64,000 bases of DNA from Planctomycetota bacterium (GCA_020639295.1 JACKGY010000004.1:6348-70347); one strand, 5' to 3'. Shown: positions 9,362-18,269, counted from the first letter of the stretch. Notes: generated by a model from the letters alone, not told the origin. Numbers and translations are program-made.

Positions 9362-9904
9362 ATGGAGGTAGCCCCAGCGATGGATCTCGATGTTCAGCTG
9401 ATGGCCTATGCCTGGAATCTCGCCTACGCGCGGGAGTTGACGGTGGACCTCGAACCGGATCAATGGACCTGGCACGGCGGCCCGGGTCTGGAGAATCACG
9501 CCGCCTGGACCATCGGTCACCTGATCTCCGGTTCAGACTATCTCGCCTGGGATCTGGGACTCGAGCGGGAGATGACGGAGGACTGGAAGGATCTCTTCGA
9601 GCGGAACGGCCCCGGCGATCCACGGCTGCCGACGCGCGAGCTCGCGCGCTACCCCTCCGGTCAGCTTCTCCTGGCCGAGCTGACCCGTCAGCACGAACGC
9701 GTGGCCGCGCACTGGCGGTCGCTGTCGAGGGCCGAGCTGGAGCGTGATCTTCCCTGGCGCTTCCACGGTCACTTTCCGACCCGGGGCGCGAACGCGATCT
9801 TCATGGCGGTGAACCACGAGTGCCTGCACCTCGGGGCTCTCGGCGCCTGGCGCCGTGCCCAGGGTCTTCCCTCCGCCCTGGCGAGAATGCCCAGCGAACT
9901 CTGA
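9362..9904 (+). CDS. DinB-family (DinB_2-like) metal-dependent protein
   Basis: In-frame ATG within ORF 9107..9904. Histidine-containing helices HAAWTIGHL and AVNHECLHLGALGAWRR are typical of the DinB four-helix bundle. Confidence 0.8.
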   Translation: MEVAPAMDLDVQLMAYAWNLAYARELTVDLEPDQWTWHGGPGLENHAAWTIGHLISGSDYLAWDLGLEREMTEDWKDLFERNGPGDPRLPTRELARYPSGQLLLAELTRQHERVAAHWRSLSRAELERDLPWRFHGHFPTRGANAIFMAVNHECLHLGALGAWRRAQGLPSALARMPSEL

Positions 9905-10135
9905 TCGGGCGCTGCGCGAGGCCGCGGCGAGCGTGGGGAACATCCGGGACACCGATCGGATCCTTGATTCCAGACCAGGATGCCCGCGGCCCGAAGTCCT
10001 CCGGCCGGGCGACGCCTGGATGAACGGGACGCTGACCTTGGTCCGCCGACGGGGGCCGGAGGATCCTCTCGCCGCGGCGGAAGCTGTGCGGTAGACTCCT
10101 GAGGCTCCGTGAGCGATCCCTGGCGACGCGAGACC

Positions 10136-10501
10136 ATGAGCCGACTCGACCTGGACGAGCATCGATCGTGGCGGGAAGCGGTCGCGGCGACCGACGCCGA
10201 TGACTTCGGCGTCACCGTGAACGTCGTCGCGGGCTTGCTCGGGGCGATGGTCGGGCTTCTCTGGGCCTTCGTGACCTCTTGGCTGATCTACCCCCTGTTC
10301 TGGATCGGGCAGGGACTCGGACCGATCACCATCTGGGTCTTCCTCGGCTGCCTGTTGCTGCGCAGCGTCATCCTGGTCCGCATCCTGCTCCGCATGAAGG
10401 ACCGCGGTCTCCCGCGTGGCTGGGTCTGGGGCCGCCTGCTCGGCGTCGTCGCCTGGTCGGCTTTCGAGATCGTCACGATCCTCGGCGGCGAGTCCCTCTG
10501 A
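10136..10501 (+). CDS. Small integral membrane protein, unknown function
   Basis: ORF 10109..10501 (GTG) with an internal ATG at 10136. Three or four hydrophobic spans (VVAGLLGAMVGLLWAFVTSWLIYPLFWIG; ITIWVFLGCLLLRSVILVRILL; LLGVVAWSAFEIVTIL). Confidence 0.55.
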   Translation: MSRLDLDEHRSWREAVAATDADDFGVTVNVVAGLLGAMVGLLWAFVTSWLIYPLFWIGQGLGPITIWVFLGCLLLRSVILVRILLRMKDRGLPRGWVWGRLLGVVAWSAFEIVTILGGESL

Positions 10502-10698
10502 CCGGAGCCTCCGGTTCTCGTCCAGGGAGGCGAGAACGATGCTCGTTCGGGCTCGATGACCTGATCGAGTCCGCGGCCATGTTCGGGGCGGAAGTTCCGG
10601 AATTGCCTCGGCTGCCGGTCGAGTCCTCCTTAGGGTGGGGCGACGAGACGGAGGCTGGTTCAGGCGGATCGGGCCCGAGCGACCCGGAGAGGAGTCCC

Positions 10699-12894
10699 AT
10701 GTCACGAAATGCGTCGTCCCTCGTTCTATTGGCCTTCCTCGTCGTCCAGGCTCGAGCCCAGACCGGGCCGTCGATCGGGATCTACACCGGTCTCGACAGC
10801 AAGGCGATCGTCACCGGAGACTTCGACCTGGACGGGAAACCCGACGGGATCCACGTGACCACCGGCGCCCTCTATGTCGAGATCAACTACGGGGTCGGCA
10901 ACCAACCGCTGCAGATCGCCCATCCCGGCCTCGGCGGTACCGACCTCAGGGCCATCGACCTCGATGGCGACGGCGACCTCGACTTCCTGGTGCTGAAGTC
11001 CGTCAACAACGGCACCTCCACTTCCGATGTCAGGGTCGTGATCAACAATGGCGGCCTGCTGTCGGGCACGATCCTCACCATCCGGGGATCCAGGTTGCCG
11101 AAGGTTGCGGATCTGGACCACGACGGCCTGCTCGATCTGATCGACCGTGATCGCTGGTACCGCGCGACCAGCGGCGGCGTGTTCTCGCCGACGGCCCTCG
11201 CCGTGCCCGTGGCCATCAGTCCCCATGCTCCCGCCGGCCGGCCGGTGACCAACTACGGGACCTGGTTCCCCGGCGACTTCGATGGCGACGGTGATGACGA
11301 TCTCCTGACCTTCGTGGCCACCACACCCACGCCGCTCAGTTCCTTCGGCCACGTCGACCTCTACCTCAACGACGGCACCGGCATGTTCTCCTTCCGGCAC
11401 CGCGAACAGGTGTCGTCGCCCAGCTTCCAGTCACCCAACACCGACATCACCGTCGAGGATTTCGACGGCGACGGCATCGACGACTTCATCGTCGAGGATA
11501 CGAACCACGGCGCGCTCGTGGTCCACCACGGCGACGTCGCCGGCCGCTTCGCCCGCGGGATCAGCGTCGTCCCGGGCTTTGGTCACTACGTCGGCTGCCT
11601 GGACATCGACGGCGACCTCGATCTCGACCTCGTCGTCCGGAGGCCCGCGGCCACCCTTCCCTTCCCGCCGCCGAACCCGATGCCGCCGCCGTCGCTGAAC
11701 GTCATCGAGAACCTGGGACAGGGCGTCTACCGCGAGCCGGTGAACAGCACCTTGTCCTTCATCACCGGGGGGTTCGACCGGGCCGACTTCGACCTCGACG
11801 GCCGCGAGGACTTCCTCTTCATCGGCCCCTATGCCGGCGCCGGCTACGGCGTGGCCTACTCGACCATGTCGCCCGACCCCTTCGCGAGTGTCCATGACAT
11901 CCAGGTCGTCTCCGGGGCCGGGCAGTCGACACCCGCGGGCACGACCTTCCCGGCGCCCCTCGTCGTGCGCGTCCTCGATCGCAGCGGCGTCGTCGTTTCC
12001 GGGGCGGCCCTGAACGTCACCGCGGAGGGCCAGATCCCCGTCGGCGGCGTCCTGCTCACCGACGCTGCCGGGCAGGCCTCCATCACTCTGGGCGCCAGCA
12101 ACGAGGTCGGCGAGCACCGCATCGCCGTCTCCAGTCCCGGGGCGGCGTTGCGCCGCTTCCTGGTCACGGTGACGCCGACGCGGGTCATCGTGCCGATCGC
12201 CGGTTTCACCCAGGGGGGAAGCCTGGGCGGCAACTTCGGCGAGAATCTCCGCTACCGGGTCGAAGACCTCGCCGGCAATCCGCTCAGCGGCATCAGCACC
12301 GACGTCGTGCGGGGCGGTCTTGGCGTCGGCTACTCGGTGCCCGGAGCGCCCGTCGTCACCGATGCCCTGGGCGAGGTGTCGATCGCGATCGCCACCGGGA
12401 TGGGGAGTCACGCCGCGTCCATCGGCGACCTCGGCGATCTGGGCATCTCGGTTGCCGCCGAGCGCGCGACCACGGTCGAGGCCAGGCTGTTCACGCGCCG
12501 TGCCTTCTCCTACTACGGCCCGAACGCCACCGGCAGCACCTGGGTGCGGAGCGTCCGTTACCACCACGAGAATCCCTGGGTGCCGATCGTCCTGATGGCG
12601 GATCTGCCGCAGCCAGCGCCGACCCCGTCGATCTTCGGCAACTGGTACACCTCCTTCCTCAATCCGCAGCCCTCGCTCTACCTGCTCGACGGACTCGGCC
12701 TCACCGGCCCGCCGGTTCCCTGGGTCATCACGGTTCCTCGTGACGGCCATGTGGGCTACGTCTTCGAGTTGACCTTCGCCTGGAATCTCCTGCCGGTCGG
12801 CACGCAGGTCGTCTTCCAGTTCCTGGCCTATGACAACACCTATGCCTTCCCCTACAAGGTGGCCCTGTCGGAACCCGTGACGATCACCTTCTGA
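10699..12894 (+). CDS. Secreted FG-GAP/VCBS-repeat protein with Big-like domains and conserved C-terminal module (F1)
   Basis: In-frame ATG within ORF 10279..12894 gives the signal peptide MSRNASSLVLLAFLVVQARAQ. Repeated DLDGDGDLD / DFDGDGDDD / DFDGDGIDD / DIDGDLDLD calcium-loop-like motifs. Ig-like stretch VVSGAGQSTPAGTTFPAPLVVRVLD. Co-linear paralog at 43594..45786. Confidence 0.85.
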   Translation: MSRNASSLVLLAFLVVQARAQTGPSIGIYTGLDSKAIVTGDFDLDGKPDGIHVTTGALYVEINYGVGNQPLQIAHPGLGGTDLRAIDLDGDGDLDFLVLKSVNNGTSTSDVRVVINNGGLLSGTILTIRGSRLPKVADLDHDGLLDLIDRDRWYRATSGGVFSPTALAVPVAISPHAPAGRPVTNYGTWFPGDFDGDGDDDLLTFVATTPTPLSSFGHVDLYLNDGTGMFSFRHREQVSSPSFQSPNTDITVEDFDGDGIDDFIVEDTNHGALVVHHGDVAGRFARGISVVPGFGHYVGCLDIDGDLDLDLVVRRPAATLPFPPPNPMPPPSLNVIENLGQGVYREPVNSTLSFITGGFDRADFDLDGREDFLFIGPYAGAGYGVAYSTMSPDPFASVHDIQVVSGAGQSTPAGTTFPAPLVVRVLDRSGVVVSGAALNVTAEGQIPVGGVLLTDAAGQASITLGASNEVGEHRIAVSSPGAALRRFLVTVTPTRVIVPIAGFTQGGSLGGNFGENLRYRVEDLAGNPLSGISTDVVRGGLGVGYSVPGAPVVTDALGEVSIAIATGMGSHAASIGDLGDLGISVAAERATTVEARLFTRRAFSYYGPNATGSTWVRSVRYHHENPWVPIVLMADLPQPAPTPSIFGNWYTSFLNPQPSLYLLDGLGLTGPPVPWVITVPRDGHVGYVFELTFAWNLLPVGTQVVFQFLAYDNTYAFPYKVALSEPVTITF

Positions 12895-12962
12895 GGCCAT
12901 GGACCGGCAGCCACCTCGCTCGCCATTGTCGTGGTCCTGACGATCCCCTGAACCTGACGGAC

Positions 12963-12996
12963 GACGGGCCGGCCCCCGGAAGGAGGCCGGCCCGTC
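12963..12996. terminator. GC-rich hairpin between convergent genes F1 and P1
   Basis: GACGGGCCGGCC (12963-12974) and GGCCGGCCCGTC (12985-12996) form a perfect 12-bp stem with a 10-nt loop. There is no clear U-tract, so function is inferred from position only. Confidence 0.45.
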
Positions 12997-13022
12997 GGTC
13001 GGTATCGAGGCGATGCCCGCGG

Positions 13023-15539
13023 TCAGGGGGCGACGGAGAGTTCGACCGTATTGGTGATGGCGATGTTCTGGATCGAGCTGAAGACCAGCGACTGGAACAT
13101 GTAGGTGTTGCCGATCGTGTAGCTGGGCAGGAGCACGCTGATCTCGAGGCGACCGGCCTGGCCGATGCGGAACATCTGGTTGAGGAAGCCGGGCTGGGTG
13201 CCGTCACCGAGCACCTCCAGGTTGTAGAAGGTGGCGGTGAAGGGGTCGTAGCCGCCGATGTCGAGCTGGCCCTGGGGTGCCAGGCTGATGACGCCCGGGT
13301 TGTAGAGGCCGACCATCAGCATCACCGGCTGGAAGGGCTCGCCATCCCAGCGGAAGGTGGTCGACTGCGAGGCCCGGGCCGAGGCGAAGTAGGGGCCTCG
13401 GTAACCGCTCGCCACCGGGAAGCCGTTCGCCTCCAGCGCGCCGCCGATGTCGAATTCACCCAGGCCGAGCTGGGGACGCTGCGAGGTTCCGAAGTTGCAG
13501 TCACCGGTGAGGAGCTCGACCTCGTCGACCAGCCAGGGACCGACCGAACCGCCGGCGGTCGCGTCGTAGCGGAACCGGATCGCCGCGTCCGGGCAGCCCG
13601 CGGCGGCCGCCGTGATGTCGAGGGTCAGCTTCTCCTGCCCGGTGCTGTTGCTGAAGTTGCGCAGATGGACCGTGGTCCAGGACGATCCGTTCCAGACGTC
13701 GACCGTCTGGACCGCGTAGGCGTCGGGCAACGAGTGGAAGGTCAGAAGGACCGGCGCATTCGAGGCATCGAAGCTGGGACTGATCAGCGAGGCGTCGACG
13801 AGGTTGCCGATCGCGCCGAAGCCGCTCGAGTCGATGCTCGCGATCATGCTGTCGAGCGGCGCGACCAGCGTCGTGGGCACGTAGGGCGCGCTGGAGAATT
13901 GCCAGCCCGCGCTGATGCGGTCGTTGGCGTGTTCGAGGTGGACGAGCCAGCCCTCCGGCTGGAAGTTCGCGGCCAGATGTTCGAAGTCCTCGTGGAAGCC
14001 GCGCCAGGCCCGGCCGATCGGATGGGCGTCGATCTTGACCCGTCCGTTCACCACCGCGGGCACCGCCGAGAAGATCCCGGTCATCGGCCGGCCGGCATGC
14101 AGCGCGAGGTTGGCCGCGGAGCTGAAGACCTGACCGACCGTCGTGCCGGCGTTCGCCACCAGGAAGCTCCCCGGCATGCCCTGGATGCAGAAGCCGTCTT
14201 GCGCGCCCGGCTCGAGCACCAGGCGGAGGTTGGAGAAGCTCAGCGTGTTCTGGCCGGGAGTGAGGGTCAGCGAGCGGAAGCCGATCAGGTCCCAGTCGGC
14301 GTTCTGGCCCTCGTGACCGACCCAGGTGCCGCCGCCCTTGACGCGGTAGAGCGAGAAGCTGGCATTCACGTTCGAGCTGCTGCCGTTCCGCAGCGGAAAC
14401 TCGAAATGGTCGAGCTGGTACCAGTCGGTGGCTGAGAGATCGAAGAAGAAGCCCTCGACCGGCGTTCCCGTGCTGCCCGGATCGATGGTCAGCGACGCCG
14501 AGCTCTGCACCGTTCCGGGGCCACGACGCCGGTAGTGCAGGGCCCCGTGCAGGCGGGCCGTCGGCCCGGGCGTGGCGAAGAGGGCGCCGGCCGAACGCGG
14601 GGTCGGCAGGGTGACGAAGGGGTCGGCGACGCTCGGCTGGCCGAGCGCGCTGCCCAGCACGATCGCCGCCGAGCCCGAGGCGCATTCGATCAGGATGCCG
14701 CGGGTCGTGCCCGCGGGGACCTGGATGTCGAGGTCGAGGGGCAGCCGGGTCAGGCCGGCGCCGGTGTAGCCGGGCAGCTCGGCGGCGAGACGCCAGGCCG
14801 CGGGATCGGTCTCGTGACCGACGTGGGAGCTGAAGGTCTTCATCGTCCAGACCCGCAGGTCGGTGCTGCCGTTCTGGATCTCGATCTCGATGCCGCTGAT
14901 CACCACGTCCTCCTGGGCCTGGACGTCCAGGAGCAGGACCCGGGCCGAGCTGGCGCTGGCGTTGTCCTGACCGAGGCGGGACTCGACCTGCAGCCGGGCC
15001 GTCTGGTAGCGGACGCGGCCCTCGAAGCGCAGGTTCGAGCCCGGGTTGCTCAGGTAGTTCGCGCTCGAACGGCCGCCGCGGATCAGGAGGTCGCCGCCGT
15101 CGAGGGTGCTGCTCGCGTCGCCGGCGAGGATCCCCTGGGGATGAGTCGTGTGGACGAAGAAGCCGCGGCGCTGGTTGGCGGCCAGCGGGACGTCGATGGT
15201 CATCACCACGGTCGTGAGCTGGCCGAGACCCCGGCCCGAGACGGTCGCCGTGCCGAGGACCGTCCAGTGCTCGGGGCCGTTGCTCGGCAGATCGGCGTAG
15301 GCGAGGCCCGAGGTGGTCGTGCAGATGGTGACGTCCTGCAGGCCGCTGCGCAGGTGGAGATCGAGACCGATCACGTTCTGCGGCGCACGCGCCTCGAGGT
15401 CGAAGTAGAGGCCTTTCGCGCTTCCGGGTTCGTCACCGACGAGATTCGTGGTGATCGATTGCTGCGCGGCGAGCATCGTGCCGAGGAGGGTCGCCACCAG
15501 GAAGTAGCTGATTCGATTCATGGTCGTTCTCGTGCTCAT
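13023..15539 (-). CDS. Secreted ~840-aa protein, P family (3 internal repeats + MAM-like domain + conserved C-terminal module) (P1)
   Basis: 838-aa ORF with signal-like N-terminus (M)NRISYFLVATLLGTMLAAQQ (alternative start 15521). MAM-like block ..EDFE..PEGW..GWQF..SPSFDAS..VDVWNGSSWTTV..AIRFRYDA..WLVDEVEL. C-terminal module QRPQLGLGEFDI..WDGEPFQPVMLMVG..PQGQLDIGGYDPFTATF..FQSLVFSSIQNIAITN. Paralogs at 15667..18207, 27676..30198 and 52153..54657. Confidence 0.85.
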   Translation of the reverse strand: MSTRTTMNRISYFLVATLLGTMLAAQQSITTNLVGDEPGSAKGLYFDLEARAPQNVIGLDLHLRSGLQDVTICTTTSGLAYADLPSNGPEHWTVLGTATVSGRGLGQLTTVVMTIDVPLAANQRRGFFVHTTHPQGILAGDASSTLDGGDLLIRGGRSSANYLSNPGSNLRFEGRVRYQTARLQVESRLGQDNASASSARVLLLDVQAQEDVVISGIEIEIQNGSTDLRVWTMKTFSSHVGHETDPAAWRLAAELPGYTGAGLTRLPLDLDIQVPAGTTRGILIECASGSAAIVLGSALGQPSVADPFVTLPTPRSAGALFATPGPTARLHGALHYRRRGPGTVQSSASLTIDPGSTGTPVEGFFFDLSATDWYQLDHFEFPLRNGSSSNVNASFSLYRVKGGGTWVGHEGQNADWDLIGFRSLTLTPGQNTLSFSNLRLVLEPGAQDGFCIQGMPGSFLVANAGTTVGQVFSSAANLALHAGRPMTGIFSAVPAVVNGRVKIDAHPIGRAWRGFHEDFEHLAANFQPEGWLVHLEHANDRISAGWQFSSAPYVPTTLVAPLDSMIASIDSSGFGAIGNLVDASLISPSFDASNAPVLLTFHSLPDAYAVQTVDVWNGSSWTTVHLRNFSNSTGQEKLTLDITAAAAGCPDAAIRFRYDATAGGSVGPWLVDEVELLTGDCNFGTSQRPQLGLGEFDIGGALEANGFPVASGYRGPYFASARASQSTTFRWDGEPFQPVMLMVGLYNPGVISLAPQGQLDIGGYDPFTATFYNLEVLGDGTQPGFLNQMFRIGQAGRLEISVLLPSYTIGNTYMFQSLVFSSIQNIAITNTVELSVAP

Positions 15540-15560
15540 GGGAATGGACTTCGCGGTCGT

Positions 15561-15607
15561 GTCCGCTCACCGGGAACGCGGATTCGCGGGGTCGCGTCCG
15601 CCAGAAA
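15561..15607 (-). promoter_or_regulatory. ~46-nt block conserved with 18270..18315 (upstream of P1 and P2)
   Basis: Minus strand reads TTTCTGGCGGACGCGACCCCGCGAATCCGCGTTCCCGGTGAGCGGAC. The P2 copy reads TTTCTGGCGGATGCGGTGGCCGGAATCCGCTCGCAGGTTGACGGAC. Confidence 0.35.
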
Positions 15608-15643
15608 AAGGCGAGGCGCGCCGGGAGCTTCCCGGCGCGCCTC
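15603..15643 (-). terminator. Rho-independent terminator downstream of P2
   Basis: Minus strand reads GAGGCGCGCCGGG-AAGC-TCCCGGCGCGCCTC (13-bp stem, plus coordinates 15613-15643), followed by GCCTTTTT (T-run = plus 15605-15609). It lies 24 nt after the P2 stop. Confidence 0.7.
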
Positions 15644-15666
15644 GGCGGACCGACCTCGGGGGTTGC

Positions 15667-18207
15667 TCAGGGGTCCACCGTGAAGATCACCGGGTTCGTG
15701 ATCGCGATGTTCTGGATCGAGCTGAAGACCAGCGACTGGAAGTTGTAGGTGTTGCCGGTGGTGAAGACCGGAAGGTTGAAGGGCAATTCGAGCCGGCCGC
15801 CGGCCGGAATGCGGAACAGCTGGTTGAGGAAACCCGGCTGGGTACCGTCGCCCAGGACCTCGAGGTCGAAGAAAGTGGCGGTGAAGGGGTCGTAGCCGCC
15901 GATGTCGAGCTGCCCCTGCGGGAAGAGCTCGAAGAGTCCCGGATTCCAGACGCCGGAGAGAAGCATGACCGGCTGGTTGGGCTCGCCCTCCCAGGAGAAG
16001 ACCGCCGGCACCGACACGTTGCCCTGGGCGTAGTAGGGGCCGGGGAAGCCGCTGTTGACGCCGTAGCCGTTGGCCTCCTTGGCCTCGTTCAGGTCGAACT
16101 CGCCGATCGACAGCTGGGGTCGCTGGGCATCGCCGAAGACCAGGCCGCCGGCGAGGACGGTCACGTCGTCGAGCATCCAGTACCAGTCGTAGTCGCCCTG
16201 GTAGCGGAAGCGCAGGGCCGCGTTCGGACAGCCGGCGGCGGCCGCGGTGAGGTCGAGGCTGAGGATGCGGTCGCTCGCGGGCGAGGGCGCCATGGCGGTG
16301 TAGACCGTCACCCAGGTGCTGCCGTTCCAGACCTGGACGTCGACCCGTTCGGGGCCGTTGTAGCTGCGGTAGTACTCGGCGAAGCTCAGCACCACGGGAC
16401 CGCGGGAGGCGTCGAAGCGAGGCGAGATCAGGGCGCAGTCGATGGGGTTGCCGCTGCCCGCCCAGTCGCTGTCGGCGATGGCGAAGGTCCCGGTCAGCGT
16501 CGCCGGAACGAACCTCGACCCGGGGTTGTCCCAGCGCCAGCCGTCGGCGACGCGGTTGACGCCCCGGCGTACCTCGCTGAGCCAGCCGGAGGGCGGCACC
16601 AGTCCGGTGGCCGTCTCGAAGTCCTCGCGGAAGCCCTGCGCGGCGCTGCCGAGGGTCTGGTAGGCCACCCTCAGGTAGGGCCGGATGGCGCCGGTGGGGG
16701 TGGCGAAGCCGGTGGCGTAGCGGCCTTCGAGCACCGCCAGCCGCGAGTCGGCGAAGGAGATCGCGCCGGGAGTCGTGCCGGACGCGGCCGCGACGTTGCT
16801 GCCGCTCATCAGGATCAGGAATCCCTGCTTCTCACCGGGGGCGAGCGCCAGGGCGAGGTCCGTGGCGATGGTCTTGAGGCTAAGCCCGATCCCGATCGAC
16901 AGGTTGGTGCTCGCAACCTCGATCCAGTCGCCGGAGCTGGTCTCGTGGCCGACGTAGCTGCCGCCGCTGCGCAGGGCGTAGACCTTGCAGTTCCGCGCCA
17001 CCGGCGTCGGCGTGACGCCGAGCGTGCCGATCTCCAGCTTGCCGAGCCGGAGGAAGTCGCTGGCCTGGACATCGAAGAAGTAGCCGGGAATGACGGCGCC
17101 ACCGTTCGTGCCGGTGAGCGTGGCCGTCGTTCCCGCGCTGATCGCGTCGAGCGGCGGGTGCCGGTAGTGGACCCGGCCGGCCGGCAGCGAGGGCACGAAA
17201 TTGCCGCCGAAGACCGCGTTGCTGGCGCCGCCCGAGCGGACCGTGAGGAAGGCGTCCTGGGCCGCCACGGTGGTCGGGGCCGCCGCACCGGTACCGAGCG
17301 CGGACGCGGTCGAGCTGAGCACGGCGGTGAGCCCACGCGCGCCGCCGGCCGGCACCTGGACGTCGAGTTCGATCGGGATGCGGACCAGGCCGGGCGTGGT
17401 CACCGAGACGCCGGTGGCCCGACCGATCGGGCGCCAGGCGCCGAACTGGCCCTCGAGACCGGCACCGGAGAGGAGGCTCTTCGTGGCCCAGATCTCGATG
17501 TCGTGCTGGCCGGTACCGAGCACGAGGTCGAGCCCGGTGACGACGATCTCGGTCTCGGCCTCGAGGTCGAAGTAGATCTGGCGATTGCCGTAGGTCTGGA
17601 CCGAACCCATGGCGAGGGATTGCTGGCTCCCGAGGCTCTCCTTGCGGTAGCGGACCTGACCCTCGAAGTCGTCGCCGACCACCGGGGTCGAACCGAAGAG
17701 GCTGGCCTGACCGCGGCCGTCGCGGAGAGTGAGGCGACCATCCTGGGCGAAGACGGAGGGGCCGCCCGCGCGGGTCGGCAGGCCGTTCCCGTGGTCGCTG
17801 GTCACCAGCAGGCCGCGCTTCGAGCCGGCGGTGATCGGCAGGTCGAGCGGGAAGGTGGTGGTGAAGACCTGACCGTCATGGTCGCAGTAGACGAGGTCGC
17901 TCGCGACCAGGGTCCAGCCGGTGTTCGAGCCGAGCTGATCGCCGTGGGGGCCACCATCGCTGCGGGTCCAGATCTCGAGCCACTGCCCGCCGGCGTAGAG
18001 CGCGACGTCGAGGCCAGTGATCAGCAGGTCGTCGGTCTGCGCCTCGGCGTCGAAGGCGCAGGCCTGGTTGTTGCCGCTCACCGGATGATCGAGGGGCGTG
18101 ACCAGGACGTACTGCGCCCGGGCCAGGCCGGCGAGGAGGCACAGGACGATCAGGAACGAAAGAAGGGCGCGCGGGGGGCTCGGTCTGTGGTACGGGGGCG
18201 TGGGCAT
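15667..18207 (-). CDS. Secreted ~840-aa protein, P family (P2), tandem with P1
   Basis: 846-aa ORF with signal-like ALLSFLIVLCLLAGLARAQ. Same architecture as P1: GWRWDNPG..SPRFDAS..VQVWNGSTWVTV..ALRFRYQGDYDWYWMLDDV, then QRPQLSIGEFDLN..WEGEPNQPVMLL..PQGQLDIGGYDPFTATF..FQSLVFSSIQNIAITN. Confidence 0.85.
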   Translation of the reverse strand: MPTPPYHRPSPPRALLSFLIVLCLLAGLARAQYVLVTPLDHPVSGNNQACAFDAEAQTDDLLITGLDVALYAGGQWLEIWTRSDGGPHGDQLGSNTGWTLVASDLVYCDHDGQVFTTTFPLDLPITAGSKRGLLVTSDHGNGLPTRAGGPSVFAQDGRLTLRDGRGQASLFGSTPVVGDDFEGQVRYRKESLGSQQSLAMGSVQTYGNRQIYFDLEAETEIVVTGLDLVLGTGQHDIEIWATKSLLSGAGLEGQFGAWRPIGRATGVSVTTPGLVRIPIELDVQVPAGGARGLTAVLSSTASALGTGAAAPTTVAAQDAFLTVRSGGASNAVFGGNFVPSLPAGRVHYRHPPLDAISAGTTATLTGTNGGAVIPGYFFDVQASDFLRLGKLEIGTLGVTPTPVARNCKVYALRSGGSYVGHETSSGDWIEVASTNLSIGIGLSLKTIATDLALALAPGEKQGFLILMSGSNVAAASGTTPGAISFADSRLAVLEGRYATGFATPTGAIRPYLRVAYQTLGSAAQGFREDFETATGLVPPSGWLSEVRRGVNRVADGWRWDNPGSRFVPATLTGTFAIADSDWAGSGNPIDCALISPRFDASRGPVVLSFAEYYRSYNGPERVDVQVWNGSTWVTVYTAMAPSPASDRILSLDLTAAAAGCPNAALRFRYQGDYDWYWMLDDVTVLAGGLVFGDAQRPQLSIGEFDLNEAKEANGYGVNSGFPGPYYAQGNVSVPAVFSWEGEPNQPVMLLSGVWNPGLFELFPQGQLDIGGYDPFTATFFDLEVLGDGTQPGFLNQLFRIPAGGRLELPFNLPVFTTGNTYNFQSLVFSSIQNIAITNPVIFTVDP

Positions 18208-18269
18208 GGTTCATTCCTCGATTCGGGCTCTCCGCGCCGCGGCGCTCGCGGTCACGGCCGGACCGGAAG

